Both the position numbers and the translations under genes were made by a program. From NCBI RefSeq assembly GCF_009914755.1, contig NC_060928.1: a DNA stretch of 64,000 nt. One strand, 5' to 3'. The notes under the pieces were generated by a model that saw only the letters and a list, made by a program, of their open reading frames with translations, was not told where the DNA came from and made no database searches. Below are positions 15,563-28,277 of the stretch, piece by piece; the first letter of the stretch is position 1, and every line of letters begins with the position of its first letter. This DNA is from the human T2T-CHM13v2.0 reference genome, Homo sapiens.

Positions 15563-16060
15563 TATATTAGTTTGCTATTGGTGTATCAACATGATATAAC
15601 AATTTCTATAAACTTGGTGGCTTTAGATAACACAAACTTTTTTTAAATAGTGCTGTAGGTCAGAAGTCTGACATGAATCTCATTGAGCTAAAATCAAGGT
15701 ATCAACAGGGCTGAGTTTCTTCCTGAGGTTCTTGAGAAGAATTTGTTTCCTTGCACTTTCCAGGTTCCAGAGGCCACCTGCATTCCTTGGCTCCTGGCTT
15801 CCTCTATCTTCAAAGCCAGCAACAGTATATTGAGTCCTCATGTCACTCTGACCCCTTCTTCTTCCTTCCTCTTCCACTTTAAGGAGCCTAGAAGTACATT
15901 GGGCCAAACTCCAAAATCTCCTTATTTTAAGATTAGCAGATTAGCAAATTTAATTTCATCTACAAACTTAATTATTATTTTCCATGTAAAGTAATATATC
16001 CACAGGTTCCAGGGATTAGGGTGTGGACATCATTAGGGGGCCATTATTCTGCCAACCAAA
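15563..16060 (-). mobile_element. MaLR solo LTR, MLT1D-like
   Basis: tatattagtttgctattg...gagctaaaatcaaggtatcaacagggctg...ccagggattagggtgtggacatcattagggggccattattctgcc. Confidence 0.88.
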
Positions 16061-18002
16061 GTTCTTTTATGTGTAAGTAACAGTTTATTATAATCAATGA
16101 CACTGACAAAATACTACAATTAACAATCATCATAGGAAGTCACAGATTTCCAAAGGATAGATTAATTTAATTTTACTGATTTTCATTCCTGCATAGATCC
16201 TAAAAGGGAGGTATTGACCAAGTTAAAGAGATAAAGCACTGAAATACTCACTCTGCTTCATACTTATTTCAAACATATTTGAGATCACCCTGTCTTATGT
16301 AGGATCAGAGTAGTTAATGAATTTCCCCTCTGTTATTGATTGATATCCTACCTATTTTCTACTATATATTTATGCAATTAAAACAGCTGAAATAGTCTCT
16401 CGTTGGAGGCTGCAATGTGCCTTTGTAAGGCAGGGGGTGATTTTGAGATGTTACAGTTTCTTTTGTAACAGCCTAGAAGTGTCTGGAGTAGCATCAGATT
16501 TCACATTTATTCTTGTTCACTCCGAAACCTATTTATCTTGAGGCAAATGGGACATATTCTCTTTCACATTACTGACACTGTCGAAAAGCCAGATTATGAA
16601 GGATCCTGCAGCTTTTGGTCTTCAATTCCCCAAATCTCATATTATTACCATGTCTTTTTTTTTTTTTTTTAACCCCTTGGAAGAAGATTGGTCTCATATA
16701 GGAAAGCTACTTCACTGTTCATAGTTAATAGTGTTTTTGACACAGGGCATTTCAGTTTGCAAGCTAGACTCCATCCCATTTTTTTGTTATCTTTCTTAAG
16801 CATTTTTCTCACGAGTTCCTCTTGAAACAAAACAAGTATCAATAATAATTTGTCATTCACCCATTGGTAAATTGATGCCTATCCTGGGAATTGTTGTCTT
16901 CTCTCCTTCAAGGACTGCTGATTTCCTTTGGTTCTGGCAACTCAATGCTTCAAATATTCTGTATCATATCCTTTTTCATCATGACCAAAGTCACCTGTTC
17001 ATCTCTTTGAATAGTATTACTGGGACCACTGGATTTAAGGCTGAAGTGTGAGCTATTAGTTTATCCTCTTAAGATATTCAATGTTTTTATCCTGATTGAA
17101 ACTCAGGGTCTAAGGGGAATAAGAGAGGAATGGAACAATTGGACGGGAAATGAGAATTAAATCTTAACTGGGCAAAGCCTCCAGAGAGCTTTAAGATAGA
17201 AATTCTACAGAGGGTAAAAAACCTCCAGAAGCATGAGCACAAAAATATCAGGAATGGGCAAGTGTCGTCTAACTTCCAGTTGAAGTCTCCTACTGACAAC
17301 AAACAAACAAACAAACAACCAGCAGATTTATATAAATAAGATCAGGTCTACAGAAAAATAACCCCCTAATGCACTTGTCAGATTCTCCATTGGAGAGCAG
17401 AGGGCCAAGTCTACTACTGAGCAGAAAAATGTGAGGAAGGATGAAGAAGAATCAGTGCAAGGGCTAGGAATAAGGGAGGAACTAGAAAATGAACAACTCA
17501 CCCTTAATCAGAAAGTAGAAGCTGAAGGTAAACCAATTTGGAATTCCTATGAGAGATTTATTTCTGCCAGTAAAATTTTGAGCTCTGCCATGTTTTGTAA
17601 TACAGGCTGGATATATTGTGTTTCTTTGAGTTGACAGCCTGAGAAAATTTGTATATCAATTTGGTTTCTTCATGTTATCCTGTGCAGAAAAGTAAACTGG
17701 GTCTTAATCCTGTAATTTGGAAATAATATTTATCTCAGAATATAGAGCTTTGGCTCACAAAGACTTACTTAGTTATGTAGGAGACTCAGCATTTCCTGGA
17801 CATCTGACATTCTCAAATTTAGACTGCCCTAGTCTATTTTTAGAAATATACTCATTAGAAAGGATACTCTGGGAGATAATGTTAGGAAGAATAACATTCC
17901 TTTTTTTCCTCTCAGATTATTTTCTTGCACTATTATGTGTTAAAATGCTGAGCTTAGCTGTATACTCACACAAAATTGAACTTCCTATTGGCAAAGAGTT
18001 CA

Positions 18003-18392
<390 letters not shown>

Positions 18393-18569
18393 TCAGCGAC
18401 CACTGGCCTCAGAAACATCTTATTTCAAAACCTCCATGAAAATATTCTTGGGTCTGTTATCACCAATACCACTTACAAACTAAGGTGGAAATATGACTCT
18501 TTACTTTTGTTATTGTCATTGTTATTACAGGTTAGGGAGAAATACGATAGAAACAATGTTCTTTGAGAC

Positions 18570-18750
18570 TCTACCATATAAGAAGCATTCTGGTATTCAT
18601 AATAATTAACCTACACAATAATGCCATAATTTTGTGTATTATTATACCTATTTTTAAATATACTGAGAAATTAGGTGATGTGTTCAAGAGTTGGAGCCAG
18701 GAATGAAACCAAGTCAGACTGATTTTAAATTTGCACTTTCTCGATTATGC
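18570..18750 (-). mobile_element. MIR fragment
   Basis: attattatacctatttttaaatatactgagaaattaggtgatgtgttcaag...ggagccaggaatgaaaccaagtcagactga resembles the MIR core. Confidence 0.55.
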
Positions 18751-19179
18751 AATACTCTCTGCATGAACAATAAGTCTTCCCTCAGTCACATTTTACCCAA
18801 CTGTTCATTGTTCTTCCCACATACATGTACACGTTCCCTTGGAAATGGAAAGGGTATTTCCATTTTGGAGGTAGCATTTTGGTCCCTACAGTGACTTCAA
18901 AAGATAATCAATTTGGGTCTTCCATAAATTGGAAGTGTCCCTATGAGATTAACATTAGTCATTAGTCAATCCCAAATCAAGTGTGGGAATATAGTTCTTT
19001 TATTTTTTTGGCTTAATATTCCTTTTAAAATTTAAAAATACAATGTATATCATACCTATTATATATGCACATATATACACATATATATGCTTACATGTGT
19101 TTTCTTATATATATAACATATGATCTATAAGATGTCATTTAACTGTATAAATATACTATTTATATAATTGATTTGTACA

Positions 19180-21000
19180 GTTCAGAATAGCAAAGAAAGT
19201 AGTCTATATGCTGAGCTCCTTAATTAAGAAATAGTATCTTTTAATACTATTCAAAGTATATTTGAAGAACTATCTGAGTACATCACAAATGCCAACCTCA
19301 AATCTGGATGGTAACCACAAATCTGGATTTAGTGTAAATCATTGCTTTCTTTCCTTTAAAGTTTTATCATATATGTAAATACACCTCAAAAGCCATAATG
19401 CTCAATATCAGGCAATTTAATTTTATAAAAATTGATCATATTATATGAATTCATCTCAAACTGTCTTTTCTCTCAAAATTTCATTGGTGAGATTCATTAT
19501 GTTTATGGTTGTGGTTTCAACTTATTCATTTTAGTGCTTTGTAATAATACTTGTTCAGAAATAGAATAATTCATTTATCCATTCTCCTGTCTGTGTTATG
19601 TTCTAGGATTTTATTACTCAAAAAAACCTGCTTTTTTTCTTAGTCATTTCCCATGGAAGATATATGCAAGAATTTTCCTGGTGTATTTATTCCAAAGTGA
19701 AATCATTGACTATTAAATGAGATGCACATATTCAGTTTTTATAAGTAATGCTAAATTTGTTTACCAAAATGGATATACCAATTTACATTGCATCTATGGG
19801 CCTGTAAGAATCCCCACTGTATCAATGATCTGTCAAAACCTGATATAGCCATATTTTTCCACAAAAATTTGTAAAATGTCATTTCATTGTCTTTTAAAAT
19901 TGCATTTTCATGATGAATTGATTGACCATGTTTAAATCTGCTTATTGACCAATGTAGCCCACTTCTATGAAATTCCTGAGTCTTTTGTGTTTTTCCCTAC
20001 TGATATCCATATTTCTTAATGATTTGTAATGGTTATTTTTATACTGCGAATATTATCACTCTATTGTTTTGCAGATGTCTTCTTTGAGTATAATTTGGTG
20101 GCTACAAGTTCTTCATTTTGATAATATCTAACATTTATTTAGTTTTTCGGTTCCTCCTTAGGAAATGCTTATCTGTCTAAAGGTAACAATAATATTAACT
20201 TATAGTTTATTAGGACATCTAATTGCTGCCTTCACAATTACTTTGTGCATTTAGAATAGAATTTTGTTTATGGTATGAGATAGGGGTTTAATTTTATTTT
20301 TGTTTGCATACAGATCCATCAATTATCAGCACTTACCTGTCCTGTTTTCCATTCATACACAATACTGTAATATCTGTGTCATAATATGGGTTCTTATAAA
20401 TGAAGTACTGTTTCTAAGTTATCTCTTGTTAGCAATTTGGAGTAATGTTCTGGAACATTGGCCTATGCCTGTGTCAGTTACACTTGTCTTAATTATTAAA
20501 GCTTTTTGATAAATATGGTGCTTTTTAAGCAAGACTCTTGCTATTTCTCAATAGTGCCTTAGCAATTCTTGACCTTTTTAAAGTACTTTTTAGTATCAAC
20601 TTGTGCAGTTCCATTATGAAACATATTTTTTTTACTACAACTGCATTCAAACTATAGATAAATTTGGAGAAAATTAATAAATTTTTGATATTAAGTATTT
20701 CTATTGTTGACATTATATGCCTTATCCTCTACAGAACACATTTTAAGACTATTTGAAATTTGTTTATAGTTTGTTCACAATTTTCTTGAACTTATTTTAT
20801 TGGTTTTATTGTTAGGTGTCATATATTTGTAATTGCAATTTTAATCAGTATCTTGCTTTTTAAATGATGCTATCTGACTTTGTTGCTGGTGCTTTTTGAA
20901 TAGTAATCATACCATGAACAAATCTGTTTTGTTTCTTCTTTCTAATACATATACTTTCTATTTTTATGTTTTGATTTATTACACAGGTTAGATTATCAAG
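19180..21000 (-). mobile_element. Old L1ME/L1MC-type element, antisense, degraded
   Basis: aattcatttatccattctcctg...ccaaaatggatataccaatttaca...tttatggtatgagataggggtttaatt...aaactatagataaatttggagaaa. Confidence 0.7.
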
Positions 21001-21121
21001 GATTATATTTGTGAAGTGGAAAATTGTAGACTATAGAAAAAAAGCCACACAAAAGAGACAGTAAAATGGATAAGTGAACATGAATAATCTCAATACAACT
21101 TTATATCCTGACGTTCAAATG

Positions 21122-21425
21122 TTTTTGTTTGTTTATTTATTTTGAGATGGAGGCTCACTCTGTCACCCAGGCTGGAGAGCAGTGGCAGGATCTCTGCTCA
21201 CTGCAACCTCTGCCTCCCAGGTTCAAGCAAGTCTCCTGCCTTAGCCTCCTGAGTAGCTGAGATTACAGGCACCTGTCACCATGCCTGGCTGATTTTTGTA
21301 TTTTTAGTAGAGACAGGGTTTCACCATGTTGGCCAGGCTAGTCTTGAATTCCTGACCCCAAGTGATCCACCCACCTTTGCCTCCCAAAGTGCTGGGATTA
21401 CAGGCGTGATCCACTGAGCCCGGTC
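21122..21425 (-). mobile_element. Alu (AluS-like), full-length
   Basis: Reverse Alu: T-rich tail, gagatggaggctcactctgtcacccaggctgg...ctcccaaagtgctgggattacaggcgtg. Confidence 0.96.
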
Positions 21426-22106
21426 TAAAATCTTAAATGTTATAAAAATTAGAAGTTTTTTTCAAGAATGTTGAAAATCTGGAAATAAATTAGATCATTT
21501 TCACAAACATAAAGTAGATGAGAGATTCAGTTAAATCATAATAAAATTTTTTACTGCTTTTTAAGAATTTTTACTGCTTGACTAATGCTGTTTATAAATT
21601 TCCAAGATCAATAAACTAACAAAAGTACAAACATCCATGTTAAAATTGTAAGACAATTAGTAAATAAATAGAATGTTATGGATAATGTTCTGTCATCTAG
21701 AGAAAGAAATGAAGAAAACAAGATTATTGAACAAAGAAAACTAGCAAAAGATAATGAAAATTAAACCAGTGAATGAGAAAAAAGTAGAATGTAAATTTAA
21801 AATAATGAAGGGAAATAAGCAATCATATAAAATATATTGAAAAAAGACCAGATATTAAATTATCACAATATATTTTATTTCTTTTAATTTCATTATTAAA
21901 CAAAAGAGATTCTTAGATTGGACCAATAATATACACCTAGGTTGTAGAATACTATATATTAAATCATTAATATATGACATTAAAAAACTCTCAAAGAATA
22001 AAAAGGCAGCATGTCACAAAATAATAAATACAATGTGACTCTATAGAATAAATGTGACTATGTGTCTATTTAAGCACTGCATACAAAGTAGATTTGAAAA
22101 CTTCTC

Positions 22107-22246
22107 GGCCAGGCATGGTGGCTCAAAACTGTAATCCCAGCACTTTGGGAGGCCAAGAGGGGAAGATCTCTTGAGCTCGGGAATTTGAGACTACCCAGCC
22201 TGGGTAACATGGTGAGATGCCTTTTATTTATAAAAAATAAATAAAA
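22107..22246 (+). mobile_element. FLAM / Alu left monomer
   Basis: ggccaggcatggtggctc...gggtaacatggtgagatgcc followed by an A-rich tail; no right arm. Confidence 0.85.
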
Positions 22247-22649
22247 AGACTTGTGGAAAAATTTATTCCATAGTGCTCTAATTATTTTGTTAACAGTGTA
22301 CCTAAAAAAAGGTTTAATTAAAAAAAAATCAGCTTTTATGCTATATGCTTCTCTACTACTTGGGAATCTAAAAAATAGAATACATTTCATGTGTGATATA
22401 TAAAATTTAATTTTATAAATGTAATATATTTCATATTTCATGTGTAGTTCACATACTTAAAATTTTAAAGTGATAAATATTATTTGTGATACCTGAATTT
22501 ACATTTTTCCATGCTGCCATTAACTTGTCTGCATATTAGTTTGTTCCTGGAATTATGCTTTAATTTCATTCCTCTTTATTACTTTTACTTGACCTTTATA
22601 CCTGTGTTCAACAGAATATCATAAACACAGTCTTTGGACTAGCTCTATT

Positions 22650-22970
22650 AGGAAACTTTCTCATAGTACTTCTTAAAAATGTAGATCACTGAAGCCCACC
22701 TCCTGTCTACAGAATCAAAATCTCTGTGTCGAGGGCCCAGGGGTATCGATTTTAGCAATATCCTGTGTCTGATGTGTATTAAATTTTGATAATCATTGCT
22801 CTCAACCTAAAATGCACATTAGATTCTTTTTCCCACTTCCACTAAATACTATGATGAAGGCTTACCTCTGAGATTTTAACTCAGTAGTTCTGTGATGGGA
22901 ACTGAATATGTGTATCTTTAAAGAGTTGTCCTAGCAATTGTGTTGTTTATCCTTCAGCGTATGAACCATG
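22650..22970. mobile_element. MER5-family hAT DNA transposon fragments
   Basis: gaagcccacctcctgtctacagaatcaaaatctctg...ggcccagg and gagattttaactcagtagttctgtgatggg. Confidence 0.6.
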
Positions 22971-23294
22971 TAGTGGAAATCTATCACTGGGACTAACATC
23001 CCAACTTATCTTTTAACAACTTGGCTACTAGTTTCACAGTAAGAATCCTAGCTTTACAAAACAGAATTTTAACCAACAACATTTTGTTGTTAATTTTATA
23101 TGTTATCTCATGTAATATTCAGAACAATCTGTTAAATGTTTAATATTGTTAATAGTATTCTCTTCCTATATGAAAATCAGAGTGTTTGGTGAAAATGAAA
23201 TGGCCTTTAAATTTACCCATGTGCATTCAACACATATTTCTTATGTTTATTATTTTATAGACATTATTGAATATATTGGATCACAGAGACAAAG

Positions 23295-23590
23295 TCACCC
23301 GAGGTCAGGAGTTCAACACCTGTCTTGCCAACATGGCAAAACCCTGTCTCTATAAAAATACAAAAATTAGCTGGGCAATATGGTGAAACCTCATCTCTAC
23401 TAAAAATACAATAATTAGCCAGTTGTAGTGGCACACACCTGTAATCCCAGCTACTTGGGAGGCTGAAGCAGGAGAATTGCTTGAATCCAGGAGGCAGAGT
23501 TTGCAGTGAGCCAAGATTAAGCCCCTATACTGCAGCCTGGGTGACAGAGCAAGACTCTATCTCAGAAAGAAAAAAAAAAGAAGAAAGAAA
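23295..23590 (+). mobile_element. 5'-truncated Alu with an internal ~48-bp duplication
   Basis: Starts at tcacccgaggtcaggagttc; left-arm end plus A-linker occurs twice; complete right arm and A-tail. Confidence 0.9.
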
Positions 23591-24539
23591 TCACCTGATG
23601 TTAATGAAAGAATAAGGAATAGTACTGAAGAAAAGAAGTGATCAGGTCAGGAGGTAAAATCTTAAGAGCATATGGTAGACTATCCCAAGAGTTGGAAGAT
23701 GATAGACAAGGAGACGGTAACTAGACAGTTTAGCTTGTGACACAAGATTCCAAGTTGTGACTATATAAGGAGAATAGAAATATGGTTTAAAAATGGCAAA
23801 GAAGATTAAGGAACCTACCTACTCCAACCCCAGGCCTAGTTGTCTAGCAGACCCCATGTGACACAGATGCACCAATCAGAGTTTGCAGGGGAAACTCAAT
23901 TTCACTTAGTATCAGAAGATGAAAAGAATTCTCAGAAGTGAATTTGAAGTTGCAGTGGATTTTGGCAATGAGTGAGATCCAAAGGGCACATATAGTTTTT
24001 TAAAAAAGAAGTGATACTAGTACCAAAATATCCTGACTCTTACTCCTTTGTTGTAAGAATGTTGCCTTGTTTCATTACTATTATAAATTAATGAGAAACT
24101 TATTTGTTTGTTTATTTTTGTAAATAATCCTTAAAATGAACAAATGCCATTCAGCCAAAATTATTATATAATTGTAGCCATATAATTGAAGTACCGCAAC
24201 TTTGGCTTAATCTGCACCTATTGTTATAAAATAAATAAAATGAAATATATCCAGCAAATCTATTTAAGGAATTCAAACTCTGGAATCATGTATGTCAAGG
24301 AAAGAAGAAAAATGAAATAAGAATCCTTCATGTCAAATGATATGAAAGCTTCCTTGTCTGTGGTTACCTTAAGCTTCAGGGGGTATGAAAATATCCTGCC
24401 TCTTCTAAGCAGGGAAACTGGCACTGATACTGCTGCTTTTTGCTATAATTGACACATCCTGCCTCACCTACAGTAATTGAGATATCAGACTGGATTCTCT
24501 CTATAAGCACAGTAGAACTGCCTGGTATCCTGCACATTA

Positions 24540-25100
24540 TGGAAATCTTTCAGATAGTCAATTGGTGTTTCTATCTCAAGAAGCATCACAGACGCCCGGT
24601 TTACTAAGATAGAAACTTCAGAGCCAATCTTGACTCCTGATGTCTCCCTCATCTTGCACAGCCAATCATTCACTTACTAATCCTTCCTCATAAATATCTC
24701 TTGAATCTGGCTTTTCCTGTCCATTTCCCCTGCCAGTGCCTTAGTTCAGGTCTTCATTATCTTTTCCCTGAAAGTTTTTGCAGTTTCCTGTATAGGCGAG
24801 TATCAGTTAATCTTCAGTTAATCTTTTCTTCTCTCAAGTCCACACTTCAGTGGAAATAGAGTTATCTTCTCAGAAAACTACTTCATTGCATGCAGATATC
24901 TGTTTTTATACAACTCATGTTGAACTACCAAAGATTGTACATGGAAGTGAGGTTAATTATTGAATATGTATTTTGCTTCCTGAATTCAGTTTTAAGCATC
25001 TCCATGGAGGGCTTACTTTACATATTTATTTTCTTTTCAATTTTGTTCACAGTGCCCAGTGCAAAGGTGAATGCAATTACGTAGGTGCTTAATGCAGAAC
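24540..25100 (+). mobile_element. L2 fragment
   Basis: catcttgactcc...aaatatctcttgaatctggc...ccttagttcaggtcttcattatc...cagtgcccagtgca...gtaggtgcttaat. Confidence 0.6.
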
Positions 25101-26042
25101 TGGACAGTGGATTGCTTTATTATCGGCAGGATTTCAGCATTTTGAGAGAACGTCAGAGTTTTCTTTTCTTTTTTTTCTTTTTTTTTTTTCTTGACAACCT
25201 TCTCCTAAATCTTCTCTGGCATAGGTCTTGTACTTTCATTATTGTTGAAGATGCTAAGGACATAATTTGATTCTTACAGTAATTTTTATTTATATAACTT
25301 ATGAGATGGAAATATGGAGCTACCCTGAAAATCCGTTCGTGGTAAACTAGACACACACACTACAGATAATTGAAGAGTCCAGCTTAATGCTGCAATCAGT
25401 ATTCAAATATACTTACATTAATTAAGAGGAGGCATTTCTGTAGGGCATTTTATTTAATGAAACACAAATAGGTATTAGCAGCCTGTCCAGCATCTAGTAT
25501 ATAACTCAATACTAAACAGCCATTGATTGCATAGATGTACTGATTCAGGATTCTCAAAAGGAGATGGTCACAATACATTTTTGTTTCCATATGAAATCAC
25601 ATCTTTTTTTTTTTTGCCATTTTACAGAACATGTTTATAATATAATATTTTGTGCAAATTTAATGGTACATTCATACTGAAAATTAATTGTTGATCTAGT
25701 CCTTTATACTGACAGGAGCTGCAAACTGATAGATTAAGCTTACACTATAGTAACAGATGTACCATTTGGATAGCAGAGTAGAAAACAGAAACATGTTCTT
25801 TTAAAAATTACTTATTCTCCTCCTGCTATTTGGCTTTTGGAGTTTAAGTAATAACTGAGTATGTAATATGGCTTAAGATGATTATAAGAGCCGTCAGTTA
25901 AATGTTTGAAAAGAAAATAAATATTTCAAACTCTCTAAGAGTGAATCTAACATTTCACCCTGCCATCTTTCATGTTATTAAACACCTATAGGAACCAGTT
26001 TCATATCAACAATCTGTACATGAGCCCCATGAGGCAAACCTC

Positions 26043-26510
26043 ATGGCTGGTGGTGCTGAGTTGGGCACTGGAAATGTAGACTGCTGGGCTTCACTGTGCT
26101 CACTCAAGGCCTCCTTCATCCTGTGCAACATCAGGCTGAGGGCCCAGGATGGCTCCACCTGGGCATTGGTGAGCTGCTCTGTGGTGGAAGCATGGGCAAC
26201 ACAGATGGCTAGTTGTCTGTACCTTGTCAATGTTGAACTTTGGGTGCCCTGGATTAGCTGGTCCTCAGACACCACTATTGAGGGAGGAAGGTTGTTCAGG
26301 AAGTCCAGAAAGGCCTTCTGATGCTTCATGAGTCATCCACCATCTTCTGGCTAAGGACTTGCACCTGCTGAAAGGGATGTGAAGTTCTGAGCTGGGGCTG
26401 CTCCATCAGCCTCCTGGTCCAACAACAGCAGGATGAAGTGAGCACTGGTAATTGAACTCCTTGATGTCATCCCTGAATATGGAAATGTTGTGCTCTTAGC
26501 ACAAAATTGT
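26043..26510 (-). pseudogene. Processed pseudogene fragment of CDT1 (DNA replication licensing factor)
   Basis: Minus-strand peptides EHNISIFRDDIKEFNYQ / LLDQEADGAAP / QQVQVLSQKMVD / KHQKAFLDFL..PSIVVSEDQL / HPKFNIDKV / TTEQLTNAQ..RMKEALS match remembered human CDT1 (ERSVPTFKDGTRRSDYQ, LLEQEADGAAP, RQIFSQKLVE, EHHKAFLASL..AMVVPEDQL, HPRFNVDEV, ATEKLTTAQ..RMEKALS). Collinear, several frameshifts, no introns, GC higher than flanks. Confidence 0.88.
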
Positions 26511-27070
26511 ATTCCTGACTATGTGTATATAATTTACGCAAGAAAGAGTTTCTTCAAGGATATTGCAATAGGGGAGAAAGAGATCAGAACTCAGTCTGAA
26601 TTCCACCCTACTGGAACAAAAGGCGAGGGAGTTCTTCCAAGCTGGAGTGAGGTGGGGGAATCTTAGTCCATCCTTTTACTTCCTGAGAAAAAAGTAAACT
26701 CTCTTACCTTCATGACAGAAAGCTGTTTGACAATTTGAATAAGGTTTCCACCAAGTTAGACTTTTACACTCCCAAAGACTCTGGAGGAGAGAGGCTCTGT
26801 CTTTCTTGTTGATTACATTTCAAAGGAATGGCTCTCCATTCCTTGAAGAGACAATTCTGGGCCATAAAACTGGGAGGTGGCTTTTAAAAAGATTTACATT
26901 TTAAAGGGGGAAAGAAATTACAAGGTTTCTGAAGTAAATGCTCTAATAAAATGGAGATCAGATCTTAGAGTCAGGAAGAAGGTCTTCTAAATAATGTCAC
27001 ACCAATGGAAGCATTAATACCAAGTTCAGTAAAGCTGAAGAAAACTTTAAGGCTGTAGCTGTCTTGACAC
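26511..27070 (-). mobile_element. ERV1-class solo LTR, MER67-like
   Basis: gattacatttcaaaggaatggctctcc..ccttgaagagaca; gaagtaaatgctctaa...agagtcaggaagaagg...aaagctgaagaaaactttaaggc...ttgaca; left boundary uncertain. Confidence 0.65.
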
Positions 27071-27079
27071 ATATCTATT

Positions 27080-28277
27080 CAGTTATGAGCTGCATAATGT
27101 CATTTTATCAAACAAAGCACTGCATATATGACAATGTTCCCATTAGTTTATAATGGAGCTGAAAAATTCCTGTTGCCTAGTGTCACAGCCATCCCAACGT
27201 GGTATTGCAACACTTTACTCGCGTGTTTGTGGTGACGATGGTGTAAACAAACCCTTTGTACTGCCAGTCTTAAAGTACAGCAAGTATAATTATGTTCAGC
27301 ACCAATACTTGATAAGGACAATAAATGACTATGTTACTTGTTTGTGTGTCTACCATACTACACTTTTTGTTATTATTTTAGAGTATACTCCTACTCATTA
27401 AAAAAGGTAACTGTGAAACAGGTCCTTCAGAAGATATTCTGGAAGAAGGAATTGTTATCATAGGAGGTGACAGCTCCATGGTATTATCCCTAAAGACCCT
27501 CTAGTGGGACAACGTGTGGAGGTGAAAGACAGTGATACTGATAACTTATTATGCCTATGCCAAGGGCAATGTGTCTGTTTTTGTGTCTTAGACGTCTTTG
27601 TTCATAACAAAAAGTTTAAAAGTAAAAAGAAATTTTAAAATATTAAAAACAAAAAAGGCTATAGAATGAGGATATAAAGAAAATATTTTTCTATAGCTGT
27701 ATAATGAGTGTTTTAAGCTACGTGTTATAACAAAAAAGTTAATACTTAAAAAGTTCAAAGTTTATGAAGTAAAAAACTCACAGGTTTTTTACTAAGGTTA
27801 ATTTATTAATGAATAAAGAGAAAATATATTTTACAAATTAATGCAGCCTAAGTGTACATTTGTAAAGTCTACAGCAATGTACAATATTGTCCTGGGCCCT
27901 CACAGTCACTCACCACTCCTTCACTGACTCACCCAGAGAAACTTCCAGTCCTGAAACTACCATTATGGTAAGCGCCCTATAGAGGTGTACCACTTTTTAT
28001 CTTTTATGCTTTATTTTTACTGTAAGTTTTCTATGTTTAGATATGTTTACTTACACAAATACTTCATATTATATTACAATTCCCCGCAATATTCAGCACA
28101 GTAATATGTTGTCAGATTTGTAGCCTAGGAGCAATTGGCTATAGCATACAGCCTAAGCGTATGGTAGGCTAGCCCATCCTGGTTTGTGTAATTACACTAT
28201 GATGTTTGCACAATGATGAAATTGCCTAAAGATGTATTTCTCAGAACATATTCCCATTGCTAAACAATGCATAACTA
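27080..28277 (+). mobile_element. Tigger3b-like non-autonomous DNA transposon (~1.2 kb)
   Basis: Decayed terminal inverted repeats cagttatgagctgcataatg / attgctaaacaatgcataacta; internal ataatggagctgaaaaattcc, cactccttcactgactcacccagagaaacttccagtcc. Confidence 0.88.

Noticed and set aside
16669-16860. Minus-strand ORF with a possible splice acceptor (ttgttttgtttcaag)
   Set aside because: No recognisable protein similarity and no convincing donor; a non-coding exon cannot be excluded without transcript data.
26043-26321. Plus-strand 92-aa ORF
   Set aside because: Antisense shadow of the GC-rich CDT1 pseudogene; no independent support.
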